Positions 22,601 through 33,934 of a stretch of 64,000 nt of DNA are shown here, in pieces. This stretch comes from Cyanophora paradoxa CCMP329 (Eukaryota; Plantae; Glaucophyta), in assembly GCA_004431415.1 (NCBI GenBank), contig QPMI01000468.1, forward strand, positions 62,001-126,000. Direction: 5' to 3'. A program made the translations under genes and the position numbers. The notes under the pieces are model-generated. The model saw only the letters and a program-made list of their open reading frames with translations, had not been told where the DNA came from and ran no database searches. Positions within the stretch are counted from its first letter, which is position 1. The number at the start of each line of letters is the position of its first letter.

Positions 22601-24393
22601 CCTCTACTTCTTCGACACGCCGGCCCCCGCCGACCGCTTCATGAAGGCCCTCGTGCTCCACCTCCTCTGTAAGCTTCCCGTCGCGGCTTCTTCTGCTTTC
22701 TAGATCTCAGCACCGCCTCTGAGCCCCGCCTCTATGCCCTGCCCTGCCCTGGCATGACCCGAACCGACCGACCTGATCCTACCCCCCGCCCCGCCCCGCA
22801 GCGATGATCGAGAGCTCGGTGAACAAGCGGCTGGAGGAGGGCCTCGCCCTCGTCACCCGCGCCATCGAGGTGCGCAGCTGAAGCTTAAGTTTGAAGCTTA
22901 AGCGGGCCCACTGACGCTGGAGCCGCGCGCGCGCGCAGGCGCTTGAGGGCCTGCACCCCGTGTACCGCGACTACGCGAGCCGCTCGATGGGCAACCGGGC
23001 GGTACTCTACAGCCAGACCGGCCGTGTCCTGCAGGTCCGGCCCGCCCCGCCCCGCCCCGCCTGGACCTCGGCTTAATTTGAAGCTTTCTTTTCGATCTAG
23101 CTCTCCTGTGCCCGCTTGACTCTGAGCTCTCTCTCTCTCTCAGGCCAACCGCGAGATGCGCCGCTCCTTCGAGGCCGTCGCCGAGGTGCGAACGAAGCCG
23201 CCCCTCGGAGGGCTCGAATTCGGACGCCGGGAGTCTGCCTGCGATGTCTCCTTACCTCTTCTTCCCCGCCCGCCCGCCCGCCCCCAGGTCTCGGAGGCCT
23301 GGTCCATCCACTGGTCCTCCTGGTCCATGCTCCGCTGGTGGTGGTGCCACCCCCCCGAGGCCGCCGCCGAGGTGCGAACCCGAAGCCCTGTCAGCCGAGC
23401 CGAGATCTAGACTACAGCAAAGCTTGGCTGAACTAAGCTGGGCTTGGTGCGAACGAAGCCCCAGAGATCTAGCGCAGCGCTGGGCTAAGCTGGGCTGGGC
23501 TTGTCTAAACTAAGCTGGGCCCCGAATTAAACTAAGCTCGGAAGGAAGCCTTGAAGCCCTGTTAGCTAGCTTAGCTTAGAGATCCAGGGCGACGCGTGGC
23601 TAGGCTGGGCCCAAGCCAAGCTACCCAAGCTTCAGACGATTTGCATTAGCACACAACAACAACTACTAGGAGTTTCACATCGCCCAATTTATCAAGCTAC
23701 CCAAGCTTGCCCTAAGCAACCCCTGTTAGCCTAATTATATAAGCTACCCAAGCTTTTGCCTAAGCTGGGCCCGGGCGCGCACTGCGCAGGCGGCGCGGCA
23801 CTTCACGCCGGTGAAGCGGATGCTCCGGACGATGGAGCTGCACGCCTTCGCGCTGCGGGCGCTCGACCGCAAGAACCGCGGGCCCATGCGCGCCAACTGC
23901 CTCTACGAGCTCGGCTGCGCCTACCTCCTCGTCGGTGCTTCCTCAAGCCAGCTTACGATTAGGCGCCTCGCTCACCCGTGACTGCAGGGAACAACGGGCG
24001 TGCGAAGAAGGCGCTGGAGGAGGCGCGGGCGTGCTACGCGCGGAGCGTGCCGCTGCACTTCCCGCCGGAGAGCCCCCGCATGCAGTCCATCGCCCGCGCC
24101 ATCGAGGAGGCGGAGGCGCGCGCCGCGGGGCGGCCCCCGCGCGACTTCTTCGGCTTCGCCTCCCGCCGCGCCCCGCCGGGCGCCTTCGAATTCGCCCCCT
24201 CGAGCTCCGGCGAGGCCCCGCCCGCCTCCTCCTCCGCCGGCGGCGGATACCGGTCGCCCTTCTCCGATGGCTCCCCGGTCCCTTCCACCCCTCCCGAGAC
24301 GCCCCCCATGGGCCTCGGTAAGACGACCCCCTCGCCCCTTTTCGCGCGCTCTCAGCGGCTGATCGCGCATCAGCTGCAGGGGCGCGCGCCTAG
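19660..24393 (+). CDS. Multi-exon protein with putative Ig-fold DNA-binding domain (CudA/CBP60-like) and C-terminal TPR-like helices
   Basis: Spliced N-terminal domain RVKLQLRD...LTVSLRYE...RHEGRRFELHVEAP...VSAAVRAIAS. C-terminal SRSMGNRAVLYSQTG and ANCLYELGCAYLLVGNNGRAKKALEEARACY. One apparent 1-nt indel near 20325. It could be two genes. Confidence 0.55.
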
Positions 24394-26000
24394 ATCGCGA
24401 GGCGTTCATTTCCGTGGGGCGCCCGGTCATTCTGTCGAAGGTGTTTATCTGCGAATTCGAAGATCTAGCCTTCCAGAGTGCGTCAACGCCGCCCGTGCTG
24501 TAGAATATTTCCTGAAGGCTCCACGCCTCGCCTTCAATAATTTCAAGTAGCTTTCCATGCTTGAGCGCGGACGCTTTAGTAGCGGCCCCCGTGAGCCCGA
24601 GTCGATGCCCTTCAGCTTGCAATCTATCATAGTATCATGCGATCAGCTTGCGATTGCCAGTTAGTTTATAATTCCCTGTCCCCCGAGTTTTAGCCGTAGT
24701 TCAACGGTTATAGCTTATATAATTGAATGCTTGTGCGGGGCTTGCAAAGACGCGCCAGCGCGATCGTAGTCCTCTTACTCGAGCTCGGCTAGCGTTATCG
24801 ATATCTTTAGTATACGTACTTTTACTAAGTTACGTACACGTTCGAATTCTGAGCTTCAGATATTGATAGCCTACACTATCGGTCATGATGCCATGAAGCA
24901 TCTGCATATGTACATGTACCGTGCCGCAGCGCGCGGCGCTCAATTTTGAAAGACTCCAGATATATGAGAAAACACTGCACTTAAGCTCGCAATCAAAACA
25001 CGGGGAGCCTCGGAGGTCGACGTCATATGCGCGCATGCATGACACCACTGCGCGCACACCTCGGAAGCCGCCGAAAGCGCTAGCATGCGCAGGGCGCCAT
25101 GATGGCCAGGGCTAGCGCTAGGGCGAGATCTAGAAGATAGCAATGTAGAGGAGGAGAGCGCGGCTGCTCCTGCGCATGCCGCCAAGCCGGCGCCGCGCGG
25201 CGCCGGCCAACGACCGGAGGCCCCGGCGGGAACGGATGCATATACATGAATTCAAAGATCTAGATCAATATCTAGACGTCGACGCGGGCCCGGGAGGCCT
25301 TCGCGAGGGTGCGAGGGGGCCTCCGGGCCTAGGCCTGTATCTGGCGCAGCCTCTAGATCTCGCCATGTGCACTCGCACCTGCGCGCGATCGGCAGAGTGA
25401 GCGGCCGCAGCGGGCTGCGGGCCGGGCCTGCGGCACGGCGGCTTGAGCCAGTGAGCTCGGATAACGAGATTTCGCTCCCCGTCAGCCGACGAGATGGGGA
25501 GCGTGATGTGGCAGCCCAGCCATCAAAGAGCGACGCTGCGCATTCTGCGACGGGCCGGGGTTGCAATTGCGATCGCCCTCCGGCGCGGCTGCGGAGCGAA
25601 GTGAGCGGCAGACTGTGGCATTGGAGGCTTCGAGATACCGCTCCGCGTCAGCCGAGGAGGCAGGGAGCGTGAGGTCGCAGAGCGTGAGGTATGCAGACAG
25701 GACGAGGCTGCGGCGCGAGGAGCGCAGCGGTGCTGCGCGGGCGCGGGCTGAGGCAGCGGCCAGTCAACCTGGTACGCTGTTTGGCGGTGACCCAGCGTGC
25801 AGCGAGCAGTGACCGATTCGAGTCTCATACCCCACGAGTCGTTCTGTACCCAGACACCGCACTTTTCGAAGGCCCTCTCCTCTTCTAGCTCTGTCCGGAA
25901 TAGGATCGGTGCAGTAAGAGACAAGGAGTTGGAGTCGATAGCTCAATCGCTTGCGCCGGCTGGGCCGCTCGGTGGTTGAAGTCCGGAGCTCCCGCCAGCG

Positions 26001-27224
26001 ATGCTGCTCGACTGCGTTCAAAGCCAGTCGATCCAGTTCAAGAATCGGAAGCCATGGGGCCGTCTGGTGTCCTCGCAGGCACGCGCTCGCCCCCCCTGGC
26101 GGCAATACCCGCCATTGCCGAGCGCCGCATGCGTGCGCTCCTCGCTAATGGCTAGCTCGAGCAGGCGACGTCTTCCGCAGCTGATGGCCCCTCGTTCCTG
26201 CTCGTGGATCCCGACCGCGTCAGTGAGCTGGTCCCAGCTAGGACAGGGCAGGCGCAGACCTACAAGACGGTGAAGAGCCTGCCGAAGTACAGGCACAAGT
26301 TCACCAGTACATGCGCTTCTGCTGATGGTGCGTGCGGCCCCGCCGGGCCTCGGTGCAGCTGCAGGTGTGCGCCCGACCGCTTCCGCAGCCTCGTTCTTCG
26401 CGGGCGCGCTGGAGACGGGCGAGCTCCTGCTTTGGAATAGGAGGCAGGACAACGTCCGCGTCGTTCCGACGCCGTACGACGCTGGGTCGCAAGCCGAGGG
26501 CGGGCTCTCCGCGGAGCCGTCGGCCGGCCAGACCTTCTTCAGGCGCCCGTCCCCCTTCGCCAAGCGCCTGGCCGCCAACCTCGGTGCGCTTGATTGCGCG
26601 CGCGGCGGTATCGGACGAGATTTTAGGTGAAAGGGCAGTGGAGAGCACTAGGCGTGCCCGCGGAAGCAGGCGGTGTCCCCTCTAGCCGTCCCACTGCCCT
26701 TTCACCTAAAATCTCGTACGCTGACGCACGCGGCGACGCAGGAGCGCACCGCGTCGTGATCTCCGACGATGGGAAGGACGTGCTGCTGCTGGGCGCGGAC
26801 AACCGCGTGTGGCTCTGGACCAAATCGCTCCTGGCCGGGGCTGGATCCGCGTCTGCTGCCGTCCCAGCAGCGGACAGCAGCGGGGCGCAGTGGGTCCAGA
26901 TACCCGCCGACGAGCTCTGCCTGGGGGGTACGCAGTACGAGGGCTCCCAGGCCTCGGACGTACCCTCCTTCAGCGCGTGCTTCTTCCGGAACGGGGTACG
27001 CGAATCCCGGCCCCCTCCCGTCCTCTGCTCCGGCTCACTGTCGCCGGGCAGACTCTCGGGAGGTGCCTCGTCGCGTCGGCGGTGAGCATCTCGGAGGCGC
27101 GGCAGCAGCAGCCGGCGTACCCGGGGTCCAGCAGCGGCGGAGGGGTCGTATCCGGCCTCCTGGTCACCGTCCGCATGCTGGAGGTCACGTGCCGGACGCC
27201 GCAGGCGCAGGCGCAGACGCAGGC

Positions 27225-27257
<33 letters not shown>

Positions 27258-30200
27258 CGTGCGGACTCTGACGCGGCGGACGTATCTCCCGGGCTCTCTG
27301 GACGCCCCTTCCAGCCGGGCTCTGCCCGGGGGCCGCCTGCCGAGGCAGCCGAGCATCACGGGCATCGACGGCGACATGAGCGCCGCGCCGGACGCTGCGG
27401 TGCGTGCAGCTCTGAAGGCTGCAGATGAGGCACGATCAAGATCCTGACGCCCCCGCCCCGGCCCCCTCCCACGCAGGCCGTCGTCAGCCAGTGGGACTGC
27501 GACGGGTCGACCCTGGCGGTGGTCGTCAACTCCAGCCCCATGATCCCCCTCGTCTTTGTATCCCCCTTCCACGACTCGACCGTCGCCGTGCCCCTGTACC
27601 CCGTGCGGCCTGCTCCGCGTTGCTCTCTTTGTTCCTCTCTGATGCACCGCGGGCAGACTTTCGCCGGCTCTTCTCCCAACACCACTGGCGTCGACCGCTC
27701 GCTCTGGGTCTCCGACCTCTGCTGGTGCGTTCGGGAAATGAGGGGATGGGGGGTACCAGAACGCCCGGCCGCTGACGCGTACTTGCCAGGACCGCATCCG
27801 GCCTGTTCGTGACCGTCATCAATCACCGGGGTACGCGTGTTTCGAGCCCCTCCGGCAACAGGGCGCTGACGGTGCCTCTCGGCGCAGGATACGTCTCGGT
27901 CGTCAGCCGCGTCGGCACCGTCGCGCGCGTTCTGCTGAACCCCTCCGAGGAGCCGGGCCCCTCGCCCGTCGTACCCCTGCAGAGCATCACCCGGGGCGTC
28001 TCGCGGAACACGTCGGCGAAGGTCTTCTCCATCTCCGCGCACCCCAGCGAGCCGGTCGTGTATATGTGCGACGGGTACACTTGCACTCCGATCGAGCTCC
28101 CCGCCATCTCGTACTCGCTCGCGATCTCCTCGGTCCGCGAGAAGACCACCGTGACCGGTGCGCCGCGCCGTACCCCGCGTCGCGGACCGCGAAAGCCTGT
28201 TCTGTTCGGCTCGTAAATAACGCGCGCGCGCGCGCCAGATATGATGTGGATGCTGGGGCTGGGGTTCTTCATGGGAGTGGCGCACCCCGCCCCCTGGCGC
28301 GACGCCGACCTTCCTGCCGCCCTCCGCGCCAACGTGGACGGCCTCTGCGCCGCCCTGCAGGGCGTCTCCGCCCAGTCGGACAAGAGGTGCTGCCCGCCCG
28401 CCCCCCCGGCAGCTCAGCCGTCCCTACTAACGAGCCCCCAGGCAATCGCTGGGCATGGAGCCGGCGGCGCAGATGGAGGAGGAGCGCCGCGTCGGCGTGA
28501 TCGTGGCGGTCTGCCTCAAAGCGCTCGAGCAGGCCGGCTGGCACCACCCGCACCAGCTCCTCCTCTACCCCCTCCTCTCCCTCCCGCGCGCCGCGATCCA
28601 GTGCCTGGTCCAGATGGGGCGCCACCGGGCCGCCGTGTACGTCCTCTCGGCGCTGGAGAGCGCACTGAAGGAGCGGCTGCCGGCGCCCACCCTCGCGCCG
28701 GCCTACTCCCTCGAGTGCCTGCCAGCGGCGCTCGACGGGGGGCGGGGGGGCATGGAGGGCCTGCAGCCGCAGTACCCCCTCATCGCCGGCTGCCTGAAGC
28801 TCTTCGCCTGGTGGCGCGGCATCTGCGCCAAGTCCGAGGCCGACGCCGGTGCGAGCTTCACACATATATTTCCGCCGCGATTCCCGAGGGTCACCCCCGC
28901 GCAGCGGCGCCGGCGCAGCGGTCCTCGAGCAGCAGCGCGATCGGGGGCGCGGTGCTGGCGTCCCAGGCGGCGGCGCTCGCCTCGGAGCTTGGCGCCCTCG
29001 TCGAGGCGCAGAACCCGCGGCTCGTCCCCGCGTCCCCTGCGAACGAAGGCAACGGGGGAGGAGGGGACCTGGGCGCGCTCCGGGCGGGCCACGTGGCGTT
29101 CATCTCGGGGCAGCGCCAGCGGGCGATCGGGCTCTTCCAGGCGGCGGGGCCCAGGGGGGCCTGCCCCCTCGTCTCCGCGTACCTGGCAACGTACCGCATG
29201 GCGGAGGCCCTTGCGTGGGCCGAGGAGCGCCTCGAAGCCGGTACCCCCCCACCCCCGTTGTTGTTTGATTTGATCTGACGCTCCCCTCGCGCCGCGCCGC
29301 GTCGTCAGACCCGGACCTCGCGAACCTGCAGCTGGGCGCGGGCGAGGGCGGGCCCTCGAAGTCCGGGCTGCAGCCGAGCCAGGTGCCCCGCCCCAAACAG
29401 TCCGAACAGATCCAATTATGCGTTCGCTCACTTTTTTTCCAGCTTTGCGTCCGAGCCGCCATCACGCTCCTCGGCACCACGATGGCCCAGGTGCCCGAAT
29501 CGGATCAAATCTTTTCGGCGCAGCGCTTCTTCTTACTCTTTCGCCCCTGCAGTACTTCCGCTCCCCGACCGAGCCCATCGCGATCCCGGCGCCCTGGTCC
29601 GAGCGCCTCGCCTCAAACCTCATCGACGCGCCCTCGCACGGGCGGCCCTCCTCCGTGCGCCTGGACCCGGCGGAAGTGGAGCGGTCCGTGTCCGGCCTCG
29701 CCCACTGGAACGTCTATTCCTGCGCCCGCTTCCTGCTCCTCGAGTCCCGCGTCGACGAGGCGCTCGCCGTATGCCTGGCGGTGAGCGAGCGAGCAAGCGA
29801 GCGAGCGCCGCGCGGCCTAACGTCTGAGCGCAGACGAACACGCCCGTCCTGACCGGCATCGGTGGGCGCCCCTCACAGCCTTTGCCGCTCGGCCTTCGCG
29901 CGCCTGACCCCCGCCCGCCCGCTTAGTTCGCGTGGCGGTGGACGCGGACGCGCGGCTCGGGAGCCCGCCCCACGCCTTTGCGAACCCCGCCGCCGCCTTC
30001 TCCGCGCGCCTCAGGGAGGAGCTCGAGGCGTGCGTCGCCGGCCGCGGCTTCGGGCGCGCCGTCGCCCTCCTCCAGACCCTCGACTCGTACGACGCCTCCA
30101 GCTCCTCCTCCAAAACGCTCCTGTCCACGCTGGGCGCCTCGCTGGGCCTTGGGGGCCCCCGGGATGCGTCCGGCGCCCCCTCGCTGGCGGCCTCCTGGGC

Positions 30201-33200
30201 CTCGCTTCCCCCCCCTTCGGGCCCCAGCACCGCCAGGGGGCCGGCCCCCTTGCCCTTCCCCCTCTCCGAGGCGCCGGCCGGCCTCGGCGCCGCGTTCCGC
30301 GCCGTGGCGCTGGAAGCGATCCTGCACGAGCTGAACGGCGCCCTGTGCGGCATCTCGCCCTCTGTCCCGCCCAGCTTCCACCTCCCCGCCCGCCCCGCCA
30401 TCCTCCACGTCCCCCCCGAGGGCCTCGTGCCCCCCGCGCCCCCGGCCCAGCTCCCCCCGCTGGACCCGCATCAGAAGCCGCGCCCCGACGCACCGGAGAC
30501 CCCCGACGAGGCCGAGATCCGGCGGGAGGCGCGCCCTACGCTCCAAAAATAGCTTGCTAGACGGCCGTCCCTCACTTCTTCCCTCAGGTGGGCGCCCTGA
30601 TCCGGGCGGCCTTCGCGATGCTGGTTCCGTGCCTCGCGGAGCTGGTGGAGCGCGGGCGGGCGTCGATCGCGGCGCGGGGGACGCCCCCGCCGGCGGGCGG
30701 GCCGGCGGGGCACCTCTGGGCCCACTTCCGCACCCTCGTTCGGTACCTGTGGTTCATGAAGGTGCGGGGAGAGCTAAGAGCGTAGCCTTCTAAGGAATGA
30801 ACACAGTTCATATGGCATGGCTATCGCATATGTGGCTGACCCTGACTGACTGACTGACTGACGCTGATTCGCGAAGGTGCGGGACAGCCTGACGGCGACG
30901 CTGCGGCGGCGGGCGATCCGGGACGGCGCCCCGGGGCCCAAGGCGACGCCCGAGGAGGCGGCGGAGGAGGAGGAGGAGGAGGAGGCGGGGGCCGGGTCGG
31001 CGGCCGCGTCGACGGCGGGCATCAGGAGGCAGCGGGCGGTGGCGGCGGCGCGCTGGGGCTGCCGCCTCCTCGCCTTCAGCGACCTGGTCCCGGCCGCGAC
31101 GCTCCAGGACGTGTCCCTCTCGCTGCTGGCCGAGCTGGCGCCGGGGCCCGAGGCCGTCGGGCTCCTCGCCGCCCACTTCCCCGACGACGGCGACCTCGTC
31201 GCGGGGCTCAAGCCCAAGTACGCCCGAATCGTGGCCCGCCTCGAGGCGGACCGCGCCGTCGACCTCGAGTGCGCGTCTCTGTCTGTCTGTCTGTCTGTCT
31301 GCTGCTTTTCTTCTTAGGCCGTCCGTAGGCCGCTGCGGAGAGCGCGCGCGAGCATCGGCGTCCGCGAGAGCACCGAGTCGGGTGAGCGTTCGCCCGGGCT
31401 GCGCCTCTTCTTCAGCCGTCGTCGCTCACTCGGCGGCGGGTGCAGTGCGGTTCAGGCGACAGGTGGTGCAGAGGGGCTACTCCGGGGCCTTCGCCCGGCC
31501 GGGTGCGCGGTTCAGCGGTCCCTTCGCCATCCTTCCTTCCTTCTCATCGACTCTGAGCGCTCGCGCCGGGCAGCGGACGTCTCGCGGGAGTACCAGCGCG
31601 ACGACGTGGCGTGGGCGTTCGAGACCAACGGGGACCCCGTGCGCCCCCCGCCCGCCCGCCCGCCAGCCCGGGGCTCGCGCGCCGCGCCGGTCGCCAGTGC
31701 TGAAAGCCCGGCCGCCTCAGGAGTACGCCCAGTTCTTCGGTACCGTCGCCCGCTTTGCGTCCGAGGTACTCGTACCCCTCGGCCGGCTCGCGCGCTCAGA
31801 TCTGAACCGGATCCGATTCGGCTGGCAGGTCCTGCAAGCTAGCCCCGTCAAGATCGCACCCCCGCCGCCCCAGCAGCAGACCCGCTCGGCGTCCATGGCC
31901 GGCTTCGGAAAGCCACCGCCGCACCCGTCGCGCCTGGCGACCTCTTCGCCGCTGCTGCGCATCAGCGCGAGCGACGACGAGGGCCGCCCGCTCCCGAGGA
32001 ACGAGGCGGCGCACCAGCAAAAGGCGGGCGAGGGAGGGCCCTCGGAGGAGGGGCGGCCGACGCTGCTCGGCAAGATCTTCGACTTCTTCTCGGGCGCCAA
32101 GTCCGAAGGGGAGGTGGGCGACGACGACGACGACCGGGCGGCGGCGACGGCCGCGGCCGGCGCGCTGGCCCGCCCCACCCACGAGCAGCAGCTGCACCTC
32201 CAGCAGCACCAGCAGCCGGCGCCGGTCTCGCCCGGGCCGGGCGCGGGCGCCCACGCGCGGCACGAGTTTATCCTCTCGGACGACGACCACAGGGACCAGC
32301 ACCACCGCGCGGCCCCCGCCCCAGCTCCCGCCCCCTCCCCCGCCCCCGCCCCCGCCCCGCCCGCCCGCGAGCGGAGCCCGGCCCGCATATCCCTCGATGC
32401 GAGCCCCGGCCGCGCGAGCCCTGCCTCGGGGGAGGAAGGGGAGTGGCGGCCGCAGCGGGCGCCGCTGAGCGCGCCGCCGACGCTGCCGCGCTTCCTCGCG
32501 CGCTCCATGGGCGACTCGCCCTCGCGCCGGGGCTCCATGTCGGACGCCGAAGTCCAGTCTCGGCGGGGGCCGGCCCCCTGGCCCATGCCCGAGCAGGCGC
32601 AGGCGCAGGCGCCCAGCCCGGGGAGGCCGGTGCGTTGCCCCCTCCGACGCCTACGCCTACGCCTACGCATAAGCCTTCTGTGATGGCAGGGGGCCGCCGC
32701 CGCCGCCGGGGGGCCGAGCGGCGAGGCCAGGGCCTCTGCGTTCCGGGATGGCGGCGGCATAGGCGGGGGCGTCTCGATGCGGGCCATCCAGCCCCCAGAG
32801 CCCAGGAGGGCGACCGGTGCGCGCCCCCTCCCACCCCCTTTCGCTCCCAGCAGCTACCTGAGCGGGGTCCGGCAGTTGCCGGCTCGACGTCGGATTCGGG
32901 CGTCCCAGCGCAGGGCGCGCCCGGCGCGTCGGCCGCGGACAAGAAGCGCGAGCTGCAGCGCCTGGCCTCTATGCTCCGCGAGAAGAAGTCGCAGCTCGAG
33001 CGGCAGCGGGTGCGCGCGCCGGCCTGACCCCTTGAGCTCGAGCTCTGCGACGCCGCCGCTGGTCACTCACTCACGCTCGCCTCTCCTTCCTTTCTCTCTT
33101 TCAAATGCAGTCCGGCCCGGAGCGATCCGTCGCCCCGCCAGGTGTGTGTGGCCCGAGCGGCCCCGCCGGCCGCCCCCTCCCGCCTCCTAAGCTTTCGAAT

Positions 33201-33897
33201 CATGAGCTTCTGAGCTTTTTGACCGAGCTCGCCCCCGCCTCCTCAGCCGCCCGCTACATCGCCAGCGTCCGCAAGGTCCGACGCGGCCGCCCCGGGGCCC
33301 TCGTCCCCGCCCTCGCCCTCGCCCTCACCCTTAGCCTCAGGAAGCGGAGCCGGAGCTCGACGACGCGGTGGGGTCCCTGCGGCTGCTGGGCGAGAGCGGG
33401 GGCGGGGGGCCGGGGCCCGGGCAGGAGGCGGCCCAGGAGCCCAGCAACGAGGCCGTGCGCCAGCTGCTGGGCCTGAGCCCGTCCTCCTCGTCGGCCGCCG
33501 GGGCGCAGGCTGCCGGCGGCGGCGGCTTCCAGACCGGTGCGCGCCATCTGAGCCTTCTGATCCGCCTGAGCCGTCTGAGCCGCCTGATCTGAGCCCGGGC
33601 TTGCGCCCGCAGACTCGGGCTCCGAGGGCTCGGCGAGGTTCTCGCGGCGCAGCCTCGAGGACCGCATACATTCCCTGAGGCGCGCGATCCAAGACACGCA
33701 CCTGGACTCGCAGGCGGCGCTGTACCCAAACGGTGCCGCGCTTTTGCCCTCACGCGAGCCTTGGGCGATGCCGGCGGCGGCTGCATGCTGATTGTGGTCG
33801 GCCTCTTCGCAGTGAGGGCCCCCTCAGCTTGACACCGTCTCAAGCTGAGGGGGACGACAACAGCGCGTCGGAAGGTGCGCCTCGCGCCTCGCGCCTC

Positions 33898-33934
<37 letters not shown>

